In this document: piece by piece, positions 47,995-61,453 of the stretch | Numbering within the stretch: the first letter of the stretch is position 1 | Layout of the letters: the number at the start of each line of letters is the position of its first letter | Assembly: GCF_963921235.1 (NCBI RefSeq) | Contig: NC_086108.1 | Span: forward strand, 85,624,001-85,688,000 | Source of the DNA: Mobula hypostoma | Taxonomy: Eukaryota | Direction of reading: 5' to 3' | Length of the DNA stretch: 64,000 nt | Made by a program: the position numbers and the translations under genes | Notes under the pieces: generated by a model | The model's input: the letters and a program-made list of their open reading frames with translations, nothing else | Told to the model about the DNA's origin: nothing | Database searches by the model: none

Positions 47995-50900
47995 ATGGCT
48001 AAGGACAAGGTAAGATTCATTTCTTTTAATGCCAATCCAGTCAAGCGCAGTAAAATTCTATCAAAAATGAAAAAAGAACAAGCCCATGTACTATATTTAC
48101 AGGAAACTCACTTAAGTGATAATGAGCATGGGAAATTAAAGAGAATGGGCTTCATTAATTTGCTTTTCTCCTCATATAAATCAGGACATAGAAGAGGAGT
48201 TGCTATTCTCATCTCAAGCAAGCTAAATTTTGAAAAAGTATTCGAAATGGGAGATAAGGACGGCAGATATATCCTGGTAAGTGGGAATATAGATGGAAAT
48301 CAAGTTACTTTATTGAATATATACACACCCCCAGGAAGTGATATTAGTTTCTTCCAGAAAATTACTAATATTATGCTAATGGAAACAGTAGGTCTCTTGA
48401 TATGTGGAGGAGACTTAAATTTACAATTACAACCAAAGTTACACTCCTCCAATAGAAAAACTTATGAAACAAAGTCTTTACATAAGGAAGTTAACACTCT
48501 TTTTGAGGATGTTGGTCTACTTGATATATGGAGGGACCTTTTCCCTGACAGAAGGGATTACACTCATTATTCTGCCCCCCATTCTGTATATACAAGAATA
48601 GAATATTTTATAACATTTGGAAAAGATAGAGACAAAATAGTCACCTGTGGAATTGGAACAATAGATGTAAGTGACCATGCACCTATATATTTATCTGTTG
48701 ATTTTGACCTACAACCAAAGAATACTATTTGGAAACTAAATGCAAGTCTACTCAATGATCCCTATTTTAAGGAACAAATTAAAAAAGAAATTAGTCTTTA
48801 CTTAGAATTCAATGATAATGGAGAGGTTTCACCTTCCATTTTATGGGATACTCTGAAGGCTGTCTTAAGAGGGAAAATTATAGCGATATCTTCATATAAG
48901 AAAAGAAGGAATAAAACATTAGAGGAATTACAAAATAAGCTGAAGGAGCTAGGAAAAACAAACACAAATTGAGTTTGGCACAGGATACACTAGAGGAAAC
49001 TAAAAAAATTAGGAATGAAATTAATGGTTTGGCTACACAAGAAATTAGAAAAAATTGAATGTTTCTGAAACAGAGACACTATGAAAGTGGATCTAAATCT
49101 ATGAAAATACTGGCGTGGAAACTGAGAAAAAAAGATAGCAGAAAGTACAATTCATAGAATTAGGGATCCAAGAACAAAAGTGATGAAAAATAAGCTAAGT
49201 GAAATTCATGAAGCTTTTGAAATGTTTTACAAAACTCTATATCCAAAGTTCCAGGGGGAAATTTCACCCAAATTGACACCTTCCTGAATTCCTTAGAGTT
49301 ACCCACTTTAAGCAAAGAACAAAATAGAACAATGACTGCTGATATAACTGAAGCTGAACTAAAAAACTGCAATTAGTAGGCTTAAATTAAGCAAGTCACC
49401 AGGATCAGATGGATATACGGCAGAGTGGTATAAAGAGTTTAGAAGTGAGTTAATTCCTATTTTACTCTCCACACTGAACTGGGCCCTGAGAAAGGCGCAA
49501 ATGCCATCCCGCAGGAAGGAGGCGACAATCTCAGCTATACTGAAAGAAGGCAAGGATAAAATGGAATGTGGGTCATTTAGACCAATATCTGTTCTTAATG
49601 TGGATTATAGAATATTTACCTCCATCATGGCCAAATGATTAGAAGAATGATACATAATGATTAGAACACTGATACATAATGATCAGACAGGTTTTATACA
49701 ACAACGCCAAACACAAGACCATATATGAAGGACACTTTACATTATGGATCATATTTTAAAAAATGAAATTAAAGCAATAGTGATAAGCGTGGATGCTGAA
49801 AAGGCATTTGATTTGGTTAATTGGAATTTTCTTTACAGAGTTTTACATAGATTTGGTCTACGTGACACAATTATTAAAACTATACAGGCACGACACGACA
49901 ACCCTACTGCCAGGATTAAAATCAATGGATATTTATCTAATAGTTTTACCCTAGAAAGGGGCACGAGACAGGGTTGTGCATGGTCACCACTACTCTTCGC
50001 ATTATATCTGGAACTATTAGCTCAATACATCAGACAAAATGAAGATATCAGGGGAATTACTATTAAAGGGACAGAGCATAAATTGGCCTGTTACGTGGAT
50101 GACGTGTTGATCTATCTAGGGCAACCAACAGACTCTTTACCTAAATTGATGCAATCCTTTGAACAAATGGCCAATTATCAGGATACAAGATCAACACAGA
50201 TAAAAGCCAACTACTTTCATATAACTGTAGTCCACCAAGAGAAATTGAAAGTAGATATACTTGGGCATGGCAAACAGAGTCCGTCAAATATTTGGGCATC
50301 ATTATGCCAAAAGATTTGACAAAATTATCAGAATGCAATTATCAGCCTATATATAAAAATTAAGGAGGTTATAACAAAGTGGAACCTAATTCCTTTTCTT
50401 GGTCTCAGTTCAAGGATTGAATCTATTAAAATGAATATACTGCCTAGACTACTATATCTCTTTCAGACCCTACCAATAGAGATTAACCTAAATCAATTCA
50501 ATGAATGGAACAAGATGCTATCAAGATATATATGGCAAGGTAAAAGGCCTAGGGTTCATCTCAAGATTTTGCAATTAGCCAAGGATAACGGGGTATGGGG
50601 CCTACCTTCTCTTAGAGATTATTATTTTGCAGCACAGTTGAAAGCTGTGATATGCTGGTGCAATCCATCATTCAAGATTCAAGATTCAAAGATTCAAAAA
50701 ACTTTATTGTCATTCTAACCGTACATCAGCTGTGCAGGGCAGAATGAGACAGTGTTTCTCAGGAGCAGTGCAATCATAACATAACAAACGCAACACTAAA
50801 TAATAAACATAACAATAAATAGTAAAACATAACAGCCACATGTCAATTAAAATCAAGTTATAAGTGTCCAGTGCAAGTTAAAAGTGTCCAAAGCAGAGTC

Positions 50901-52480
50901 AGGTAGAGCAGCTATTTAGCAGTCTGACTGCCTGTGGGAGGAAGCTGTTTAGTAGCCTTGTGGTTTTAGTTTTGATGCTCCTGTAACGCTTGCCTGATGG
51001 CAGAAGAACAAACAGTTTATGGAGAGGGTGTGAGGGGTCTTTAATGATGTACTGTGTCTTCTGGAGGCATCGACTCGGAAAGAGATCTTGGACAGAAGGT
51101 AGGGAGACCCCAGTAACCTTCTCTGCTCCCCTAACCACCCTCTGCAAGGCTTTTTTGTCGACAGCACTGCAGCTGGAGTACCAGGTTGTGATGCAAAAGG
51201 TCAGCACACTCCCAACCACGCCTCTGTAGAATGTAGTTAAGATGTTAGTGGGGAGTGATGCTTGTTTAAGCTTCCTCAGAAAGTGTAATCTCTGCTGGGC
51301 CCGTTTCACAATCCCAGTGGTGATCCTGGACCAGGTGAGATTGTCCGTATGACGCTCAATGGAAAAACATTGAGGAGAGGATACTTTCCATCCCCATACG
51401 GGCAATTTTGGCTGATAACAACCTACAGAGCTACATAATATTGACAACCCGTGGGTGAAATGGACTCTTAAAATATGGAAAACTATTATAAAAGAATATA
51501 AACTAGAAAGAGACATTGCAGTTCTTAAATGGTGTGCATATGACTCGGTTTTTACGCCGAATAAACTGGATGCTAGATTTAAGGACTGGACAGCTAAAGG
51601 AATAACAGCTATTTGCAATATAATGAAAGAAAGAACACTGTTCAGTTTTGAAATGCTCAAAGAGAAACACTTATTAGAAAAACAAGACTTTTACCGGTAT
51701 TTACAGATGCGACAGTATGTTAATAGGACGGTTAAAAATGTAACCAAGGCAAGTACAGGTCTGATAGAGCTATTTAGAAAAGCATATAATTCAGACAACG
51801 GTAGTAAAATCATTTCAAGCGTGTATAAGGGGTTTGTCAAATCTTAAAACATATTCGACTTCATACATTAAAACAAAATGGGAGAAGGAAGGAAGGATAG
51901 TAATATCTGAGGAAGACTGGGCAATAATATGGAGGTATCAATGGAAGTGTACCAGTTCACAGAAATGGAGGGAGTTCGGGTGGAAAAACTTGATAAGATA
52001 TTTTAATACACCTTCTCAGAAATCCCATTATGATAGTAACCCTTCTGTTTGCTGGAGAAATTGTAGAAATCAAAATGCAAACAATTATCATATTTTCTGG
52101 GAATGCCTCGTTATCAAAGACTGTTGGAGTGGGATACATAATGCCCTAAAAGACATCTTTAAATGTGAAATATCCTTAGAGATTAAGACCATATACTTTG
52201 GGTATATATCTCAAGAATGGTTGAAAAGAGATAAATATTTAATGAATGTACTGCTGGTGGCTGGTAAAAAGACCCTTACCAGGAAATGGTTATCACAGGA
52301 GAGCCCAACTTTAAATGTATGGATGGAAATTACAATGGACATTTACAACATTTACAAAATGTTATTTACAAAATAACAGCATCTGTTAATCATAAGTTGG
52401 AACAATTTTATTCATACTGGAAAAAATGGTTTAACTACATAACACCTCATAGGCCTGATTTTATTCTCACAAGTCAATGA
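47995..52480 (+). pseudogene. L1 ORF2 (APE endonuclease, RT, CCHC), disrupted
   Basis: LQETH, GGDLN, SDHAP, KSPGSDG, DAEKAFD, RGTRQGC, YVDD, KMNILP and CWRNC..HIFWEC motifs across ORFs 47995-48972, 49744-50319, 50431-50718, 51455-51847 and 51834-52376. Confidence 0.92.
50671..51347 (-). mobile_element. Rex1 3' part inserted in L1 ORF2
   Basis: KRAQQRLHFLRKL..DPSHPLH..LPSGKRYRS motif. L1 codons WCNPS|YDAQWKNIE rejoin across it. Confidence 0.9.
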
Positions 52481-52849
52481 ATATGTTGTAAAAAAAAGAT
52501 CACTCCCTACTCTGTACATAGTTTTCTTCTTTCGATTGTTCTTTTTTTCCTCTCCTTTCTATAAGTGTATACCTCAGATAAATATTATGTGGAGATTTGT
52601 GACAAGTATGATTATGTGATACATATGGACAGTATCTGAAATACATCTTATGGAACTGTTTGTTTGATGATGAAATTCAATAAAAAATAAATTACAAAAA
52701 AAATGAATTTCACAGCATATGCCGGTGATAATAAACCTGATTCTGATTCTGATTCTGATTCTTTTCTATTTGTAAAATGTACCTCTGATGCACAGGCTTG
52801 GGCTATCTGAGGAAGAGTGTTTGCAAGACCTTAATTCTTGGATTGATAT

Positions 52850-53395
52850 TTATTTTAGTTTATTATTGTGTGGAGATACAGTGAAAAGTTGTTTTATTTC
52901 ATGAGCATGCAGATAGCTCATTCCATACAAAATTACTTTGAGATAGTAAAAAGAAAGTCAAATGCAGAATACATAGTTGCAGTTACAATGAAGGTGCGGT
53001 GCACGTAGACAGATGAGGTACAAAGGCCATGACAGGGTAGATTGGAAGACCAAGAATTCATCCTTTAGTGTATGAGATGTCCATTCAAGTTTCTGATAAC
53101 AGTGAGGTAGCAGTCTGGCGGTGTGTGTTTTCAGACATTTGTATCTTCTGCCCAATGGAAAATGGGAAAAAAGAGAGTGACTAGGGTGGAAGGGGTCCTT
53201 GATTTTCTTTGCTGCTTTCCCAAGGCAGCAGGAAGTGTAGACAGAGTCAATGGAGGTATGCTGGTTTGCATGATGGACTGGGCTGGTCTTTATAACCTTC
53301 TGTGACTTCCTGCGACCTCGAGTAAAGTGATTGCCATACCCAGTGGTGGTGCATTTGCGTAGTATGCTGTCTATGATGCATCTGTAAAAATTGGT
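52850..53395 (-). mobile_element. Rex1 3' fragment
   Basis: AKKIKDPFHP..PLGRRYKCL motifs on the minus strand; same subfamily as 25262-25735. Confidence 0.7.
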
Positions 53396-54349
53396 ATTAT
53401 GTTGATAGTAACATTTTCTATTTGCACAATATTCTTAACAGAGAAAAAAAATATCTTCCAAGGTACTTCACAAGACCACAATCAAATAAATGATTGAGCT
53501 ACATAAGGAAATTAGGGAAGATGACCCTAACAGAATAATATTTTCCTCATGAGCTCTGATAAGTGGTAACCCATTCCTCTCAGAACCTGCTTGCTACAGA
53601 TGCATTGCTTTTTAACCTATGTTTCAAATGGAAGGTAATTCCTGACGTGCAAGTTAAACCATCATCTGCTCCTGCACTTGGAGACAACTGACGTAGTTCC
53701 CTGCAGCCTTAAGCTAGCACACACATCACATTAATTGTAGGCATTGTTACAAGACTGGTAGTGTGAACATGAAGTGATTATTTCACACAGGCTTTTCCAG
53801 TTGAGTGTTTTTAATGCCCACTGTATCTGGACCACAGCTGTCTCAGAATCGGCTGGGGACTCCAAATGCCTTCCCAGTCCCATTGATCACGCCTGACATT
53901 GAAACACAGTAGTCACTGAACTATAGCATCGAGGCACGCGTTTCCCAATTGTGGTATCCTCAGAAACTGTCTAGAGGCAAGAACTGGTGAGGCGTGACAC
54001 ATATTTTAAACCTATTTAAACATATGGAGCTGTGTTTATTTTTATGAGTGTCAGAGAAGATTCTAATTTTAAACGAAAATCACTGACTTTCACCTTAATT
54101 CCCTGTTGCAGTTGCTGGGGGCTAACTGGATGCTGCTGGAAAACGTATTCTGGGAACAGGAAGTACAATTAACCCATACCCATTTGACCCAGTGAAAGAT
54201 GCACTTAAAAATTGAAGCTCCCTCCTCACTGCATCCAGTCAGCCATAATCCCTGTTGTTTATTGCCATTTCCAACTTTGTAATTGAGCTAATTAACACAG
54301 AACGAAGGCTTGCTAAATGTAAATGGACAGTATACCATTAATGATAAGA

Positions 54350-54485
54350 AGTATCACCTTCTTGCTCTGACTTCTCATCTTTCTTTTCCAGTCCTGATGA
54401 AGGGTCTCGGCACGAAACCTCGGCTGTTTACTCTTTTCTATAGATGCTGCCTGGCCAGCTGAGTTCCTGAAGCATTTTGTGTGCA
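54350..54485 (+). mobile_element. Penelope-like element terminal repeat
   Basis: cagtcctgatgaagggtctcggcacgaaacctcggctg..gatgctgcctggccagctgagttcc. Related degraded copies at 7515-7690, 36360-36525, 42640-42865 and 62370-62550. Confidence 0.72.
54389..54426 (+). ncRNA. Minimal type I hammerhead ribozyme motif (slightly mutated)
   Basis: Stem I CAGTC/GGCTG, core CTGATGA, stem II gggtc-tc-ggcac, GAAA, then UC cleavage site. Confidence 0.6.
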
Positions 54486-57067
54486 GGACGTCCATTTCAG
54501 GCTTTTTTTTTACACAGAGACTAATGGGTGTCTGGAATGCGCTGTCATGGGTGCTAAGGGAGGCAAATGGAAACAAATACAGCAGAAAACATATAAGAGG
54601 ATCTTGGATATGCCAATGAATATGCAGAGAATGAAGGGATGTGGACATTATTTAGATGGACATAGTTAGGTGTTTAATTACCATTTTAATCTGTTGAGCA
54701 CTATATTGTGTGTTCCTGTACAGTTCTATGCCTATGTCTCAAATAGTTAATGGGAAGATGCTCATAACTTGCAGCTGGTGCCAGAATCCATTACAACAAC
54801 TTGAGAAACCATGAAGAAACATAAACAAGTAGATATTTTGGTTTTGCATGATTTGGTGCTTCATGTGAATAAGTTTCCGGTTACCAGTACCCTCTGTTTC
54901 CCTCCCCCTGCTGTGTTTCTCTCATTCTGGTGGCCCACTCGCCCTTTCTCTTCCTCTCCCCTGCTCTCCATGATTTGCTCATCACGTCCATCTAGTTCTC
55001 CTTTATTGCACAGTCTACTGCTCTCTCTGTTGTGTCTGTACACAACTACATAGATATTAAATAAAAGCGCGCGCGTGGGAAATGGCTTTAACAAGTACTT
55101 TCACATTGCAGCGAGAGAGAGAGGGAGAAGAATATGCATGCATAGACAACAGTGCATGCACAGAAAACAGATCAATCCCTAGCGCTAAGGGAGGGGCTCA
55201 TTACTCTAAAAGAAATACATTACACTTCGTCTCTTTTAGATTAATGCAACATAAAACGGTATATGTACAAAATATGGGTTCATAAACCCATATTCCAAAT
55301 AAATGTTGTCCATGCCTAGCTTCACAGTTCTAAAAGTTCAGTCTTTTGGGTGGTGCTCTGTTTCTTTCAGGATAGCAACTCTGGACCTATGCAGTGGCTT
55401 CAGTTTTGGCAGATGTCTTTTCAACGGTAATGTTCTCATTGTACCTCTGGACCTGTGGCGTGGCATTAGGTTTGGTATGTGTCTTGTCTAAGACAACGTA
55501 CTCGGTTTCTGGGTGTCACATTGCTGTCGACAATATCATCACTGAAAGGTGGGTCCAGTGACTGTAATATGTCTGTCTTGTTGGACGCAATTGACTCGGA
55601 TGTGTTCTTTGGTTGAGTGTCCCGTATTTGGTCCAGATGACGTTTCCATGTCTGATCTCCAACATTCTCTATGTACATCAGTGATCCAGTTTTTGTATGT
55701 AGTTATCCTACCGGGTGTCCACTTGTCTTCTCGGTAATCATGCAGTAGGACTTCCTGTCCATTCTCGAAGCTCCTTGCTGCTTCATTTGGCAACTGGCAG
55801 AACTGTTTATTCTGCATTTCCCTCCATAGATCTGGTTTCAGGAGGTCTATGTGAGATCTCAGATTCCTGCTCATGAACAGCATTGTAGGTGTTTGATTTG
55901 TCGTCGCATGAACAGAGTTCCGATACACAAAAAGGGAAGTTGTCCACCTTGTGCTGTAGAGGAGTCTCCTCCTTGTCCAACACTTTAGTTGACTTCTTGA
56001 AGATTTGTGTAAACCTTTCAGCTAACCCATTTGTTGCTGGGTGGTGAGGGGATGACTTGAAACGTCTGATGACATTTTTCTTCATGAACAGTCGGGATTC
56101 TTCTGACGTGTATTATGGTCTGCTGCCACTCACAATTTGTTCTGGTAAGGTGTTTCTGGCAAAGGTAGTCATCAGGGCAGAAACAGTCTTCGCTGAGGTG
56201 GTTGACTTCATTGGTATAACCTCCAGCCACTTCAGATGAGCATCCACAGCAATCAGGAACATGGAGTCCATGAAAGGCCCAGCAAAGTCAATATGTACTC
56301 TTTGCCATGGTGAAGATGGCCACTCCCAAGGAAGTACAGGTGCCCGAGGGGGTGCATTTTGAACTCTTGGCATCCCAAACAGGTTTTGGCCAAGTCTTCA
56401 ATCTATCTATCTATTCCCAGCCACCATACGTAGCTCTGGGTAAGACTCTCCATCTTGACTGTACCCAGGTGTCCTTCATGCAGATTTTCTAACACTCTGG
56501 AGCTCAGCTTAGAGGGAACCACAACACGAGATCCACACATCAGCGATCCTTGACATGCCAACATTTGGTCTCGTCTCACTAAGAGCACTGGAAACAAGGT
56601 TTCCGTGAGCTGGCCATCCTTGCATGGTGATGTCATACACTTTTGACAATGTCGGGCCATTCCTTGATTCCCTTTGTATTTCAGAACTTGTTATTGTCAA
56701 CTGGTCCACCAATTCAGTGTGGAACACTTCAGCTGGGTCACAATATGAATACTTTTCTTCTTCAGTTGCCAATACTGGAAGACATGACAAGCTGCCAGCA
56801 TTGCTGTGTTGTTTGGTACCCTTGAACTCTATGTCATAAGAGTGGGCTCCTAGGAATAGTGCCCAACATTGTAACCGGAATTCCCTTCATGGAATTGAAA
56901 ATGGACACAAGGGGCTGGTGATCTGTTGTTAGTGTAAACCTTTGTCTATAAAGGTAGTGGTGGAATTTCTTTATTCCCCGTACTAGACTAAGGGCCTCTT
57001 GGTCGATTGGTGTATAGTTACGTTCTGCATTCATCAGTGATTGGATGTTCAGATCAATCTTTCATAA

Positions 57068-57850
57068 TAGACCACAAGACCACAGGACAAAGGAGCAGAA
57101 GTCGGCCATTCAGCCCATTGAGTCCGCTTTGCCATTTTATCATGAGCTGATCCATTCTCCCATTTAGTCCCACTTCCCCGCCTTCTCACCATTACCTTTG
57201 ATGCCTGGCTACTCAGATACCTATCAATCTCTGCCTTAAATACACCCAATGACTTGGCCTCCACTGCTGCCTATGGCAACAAATTCCATAGATTCACCAC
57301 CCTCTGACTAAAAAAATTTCTTCGCATTTCTGTTCTGAATGGCTGCCCTTCAATCCTTAAGTCATGCCCTCTCGTACTAGACTCCCCATCATGGGAAACA
57401 ACTTTGCCACATCCACTCTGTCCATGCCTTTCAACATTCGAAATGTTTCTATGAGGTCTCCCCTCATTCTTCTAAACTCCAAGGAATACAGTCCAAGAGC
57501 AGACAAACGTTCCTCATATGTTAACCCTCTCATCCCGGAATCATTCTAGTGAATCTCTGTACCCTCTCCAACGTCAGCACATCCTTTCTTAAATAAGGAG
57601 ACCAAAACTGCCCAAAGTACTCCAAGTGAGGTCTCACCAGTGCCTTATAGAGCCTCAACATCACATCCCTGCTCCTATACTCTATTCCTCTAGAAATGAA
57701 TGCCAACATTGCATTTGCCTTCTTCACTACTGACTCAACCTGGAGGTTAACTTTAAGGGTATCCTGTACGAGGACTCCCAAGTCCCGTTGCATCTCAGAA
57801 CTTTGAATTCTTTCCCCATTTAAATAATAGTCTGCCCATTTATTTTTTCA
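57068..57850 (-). mobile_element. Young CR1 3' part inserted in the Gypsy B RT/RNase H region
   Basis: ORF 57530-57793 (QRDLGV..RPHLEY..FWSPYLRKD); (TCTTGTGG) tail. Confidence 0.88.
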
Positions 57851-60294
57851 AATAATATAATAATAATAATAATATGTGACTAAACAACTCCAATGCCATA
57901 AGGGGATGCATTGCGTGCCAATCTGATGGGCAGGGATGAGTCAACATGGGTGAGCAGTTCATTGGACTCATTGTTAGTCTCTTTGTTTCCTTGAATGTTC
58001 TTTCACATCTTTCTGACCATTCCCACTTTGCTCCTGTCTATAACAGTGCGTTCAATGGATGCAACACTATAGCAATGTTTGGGAGAAACCGGTGGTCGTA
58101 TTTACAAGGTTCAAGTATGACTTGAGTTGTGACACATTTTCCAATTTGGGTGCCTGTAGCACTGCTTCAGTCTTCTCTTGTGACTTATGTAAGCCATGCT
58201 TGTCAATGACATGTCCACAATATGAGATTTAATTTTTGAAAAACTCACGTTTCTCTCTGTGCACAGACCATACTGAGTTAGCCTGGTAAGCTCTACTGAG
58301 GTTCTGGAGGTGCTCTTCATCATTTTTGCCAGTCACAATGTTCTCATCAAGGTAACATTGTGTTCCTGGGATATCTTGGCGTGCTTGGTCCATTGCTCTT
58401 TGCCAAATTGCTAGGGCTGATGCGACACCAAAGACGAGACGATTTTGCTGGAACAGTCCCTTGTGAGTAGTGATCGTGTGGAACTTCCTGCTTGGCTGCT
58501 CATTCTCCATTTGCAGATAGGCTTGTGACAAGTCAATCATTGAAAACCTCTCCTGCCTACCAAAGACGCAAAATTATCTTCTAATCAGGGCAGGGGATAC
58601 TGCAAAATACGCAGAACTGTGTTGCTGCTTACCTTGAAATCCCCACATGCGCAAAAGGCTCTGGCCTTTCCTTTCTTGATCACCGGGACAATGGGCGTGA
58701 CCCAATCATTCCACTCAGCCTTGGAGAGCATTCCAGATCCCTCCAAACTCTGCAGTTCAATATTCACTTTGGGACGTAGTGCATAAGGCACAAGACACGC
58801 TTTATGGAATCTTGGTGTTGCTGTTTCATTCAGTTGAATTTTGACCTTCATGCCTTCGAGTTCACCAATCCCCTGGTCAAACACCTTCTCATTAACATTA
58901 AGTAGCTGTTCCATTCTCTGGTTAGTGCTACCATTTGAGCTGTCATTGCCTGTTGATGTCACACTGAGAGCTTTGACTGAGTCCCAGTCTAGTTGAATTT
59001 TTCTCAACCATTTACGTCTGAAAAGTGCAGGCCCTCCGCTTTTCAATTCATAAAGCTCAAACTGTTGTGTTTGGCCTCCATACTTTCAGTTTCCCTTTGG
59101 GAGATATTTATTCACCTGTGTAAGTCTTTAGCATCACTGAGGGCTTCTCTAATGGTATTTTAGAAAACAGTCTGTTGTAGTCAGCCTCTGGAATTATAGA
59201 CAAAGCTGACCCTATATCCAGGTCCATTTTCAGTTTTACACCAGACACATCTATTGTGATCTATATTATATTGCAATCTGCTTCAGTTATAATACGCTGT
59301 TTGAAGCATGACAGTTCACCTTTGTCAAACTCTATGCTGTCTGATTCTGTTCCGCATTCAGTAACTCTATGCATTTGCTTAGTTTTGTGTTTGAGACTTT
59401 TCACTCAGTTGTGCTTTTTGTCTGCCTTGCACAATCTCTCTATGTACCCTTATCTGCAACACTTTCTGCAGACTTCTTTTTTGAACCAACAGTTATTTGC
59501 ATCGTGGGAGGGTTTGCAACATCGTTAACATCTTTGGTTTTTGCACCATTCAGGGGCATTTTGTGCATTTCACATTCTGACCTCCTTTTCTCTAGTTCTG
59601 CTGCAACCTTTGCTGCAGTTTCTAACGATATTGCAATGGCCAATGCCCGTTCTAAGGTTAGGTCCCTTTCAGACGATAGCAACTTTTGAGTGCTTTGACT
59701 ATGCCTGCCACGTACAAATTTGTCCCTTATTGCATCAGAAATGCACCTCTAAAGTCACAGTACTGGGGAAGTTTGCACAGTTCTGCAATGTATTCGTAAA
59801 TGCTTTTATCTTTTGACTGGTTCCCTTTGTAAAATCTAAATCTCTCGGCTATCACCAGTGACGTAGGGCTCAAGTGACTTTGTAAAATTATAACATTTTC
59901 ATTGAGCATCTTGCTTGCTGGTTTTTCAGGTGTGACTAGATTAAATAAGAGACTATATGTCCTTGCACCCATTAAGCCAAGAAGTGTAGGGACATTATTT
60001 TGCTCCTCCACGTTGTTTGTGTTACAATACGGTTCCACTCTCTTGATATATGACACTCAGCGCTGCCAAATTCATCAACTTTCTTGACTGAAGCCATTGC
60101 CATGTTTTTTTCACTTTAAATTCAGTGCAACTTCCACTGTTACTATGTACTGTTCTCATGTGTTTGATAACATCTATGATGGCCTTCTCATGCTGTTTAA
60201 CTCTTGCTGTTTTGTCCTGCAAGAGAGGGAATTTGTTGGATGCGTGCGGAATTTGTTGAATGCCTACAAGATGGCTTTTTAGAGCAGCTTGTGC

Positions 60295-60810
60295 TTGAGC
60301 CTAGTCAGGGAGAGGCTATCTGAGGTCGGGTGTTGTGTAATAACCTGGGAATAAAGGGGTCAACATATTAGGAACATTTGGCATTTTGGGTCTGTGCTCA
60401 CTGAAATTTAGAAGAATACGGGGGGGGGTGGGTGGATCTCATTGAAACCTACTGAATATTGAAAGGACTAGGTAGGGTGGATGTGGAGAGGATGTTTCTA
60501 TGTTGCAGGTATCTAGAACTAGAGGGTACCACCTCAAAATTGAGGGGTGACCGTTTAGAGCAGAGGTAAGGAGAGATTGTCTTAGCCAGAGAGTAGTAAA
60601 TCTGTGGAATGTGCTGCCACAGATTGTGGTGGAGGCCAAGCCTGTGGGTATATTTAAGGCGGAAATTGTTAGTTTCCTGTTTGGTCAGGGCATCAAAGGA
60701 TATGGTGGAAAGGCAGGTATATGGTGTGTGGGATCTGGGCTCAGCCATGATGGAAAGGTGGAGTAGGCTCGATGGGTTGAATGGCCTGAAACTGTTCCTA
60801 TGTCTTATGG
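60295..60810 (+). mobile_element. CR1 3' fragment in the Gypsy B leader
   Basis: DLIETY, SRTRG and QRVVNLWN motifs. Confidence 0.75.
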
Positions 60811-60856
60811 TAACTGTCGGTGCAGTTCGTGATATTCTCTGTCATTCTGGCTTGTA

Positions 60857-60866
60857 CTCGTCGCCA
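60857..60866 (-). promoter_or_regulatory. Primer-binding site complementary to the 3' end of tRNA-Ser(GCU)
   Basis: TGGCGACGAG 3 nt inside the 5' LTR; vertebrate tRNA-Ser(GCU) ends ...CCTCGTCGCCA (recalled). Confidence 0.75.
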
Positions 60867-61453
60867 ATTTGTTGTCTGTGCACAACTACATATCAATTAA
60901 ATGAAAGTATGCACGCGGGTGATGGCTTAAACTGGTGTATTCACATTGCATTGAGAGAGAGAAATGTGTATACCTAGACAACAGCGCATGTGCAGACAAC
61001 AGATCAATACTTAGTGCTTAAGGGTGGGGTGGGGGGGGGAGTCATTGCTCTAAAAGAAATAGATCCATGCATTACACCGAAGTTGAGGCCTGTTGGCTGG
61101 AGCTGAGTCTGCGAACCTTTGTGAGTTGCCGGGAAGTCAAAGCCCAATGTCTCCTTGGGCCCACTGGAGGCTGGAGGCCTAAGGAGATAGCCTGTTGCAG
61201 AGTTAAAGGACTGTGTGTGTGATGGGTCGGATGGAAGAACAGGGCTTGTTTTGTTGCTTATTGTATAAATTAAATAAGTAGTGCAAAAGGAGAGCAAAAT
61301 GGACCTATTGACAGTTTCCAGCATTTTCAGTTTTTATTTCTAGATTTGGTGGCTTGTCCTGTTGGTGTAGACTTAATCAGCCAAATAGCCAACTCCTTTG
61401 CAGTAAATGTTAACGTGACACATGGCCTAGGATACCATTATTCTATATATAAG

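Larger units (their letters stand above)
44367..52701 (+). mobile_element. Full-length-like L1-clade LINE (5' UTR, ORF1, ORF2, poly(A)) with three nested insertions
   Basis: L1-type ORF1 and ORF2 motifs, AATAAA and A-tail at 52679-52703, TSD aacaaattccacagc / aatgaatttcacagc. Confidence 0.9.
55028..61076 (-). mobile_element. Gypsy (Mag/K02A2.6-like) LTR retrotransposon B, complete domain order, degraded
   Basis: LTRs at 55028-55224 and 60870-61076, PBS at 60857-60866, PPT at 55225-55238. gag (VIAERFRFY), protease (MDLDIGSALS), RT (IDLSQAYLQ, RLVFGV, YLDE), RNase H (EALSLV..FTLTTDHQPL), integrase (HEGHLG, WQRVHIDFAGP, SPHHPATNGLAER). Confidence 0.92.

Noticed and set aside
50899..51660. 253-aa minus-strand ORF as a gene
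   Set aside because: Chimeric: antisense L1 ORF2 fused to the Rex1 C-terminus at the junction.
54085..54170. Possible exon after ttccctgttgcag
   Set aside because: Acceptor-like, but no recognisable peptide and no good donor.
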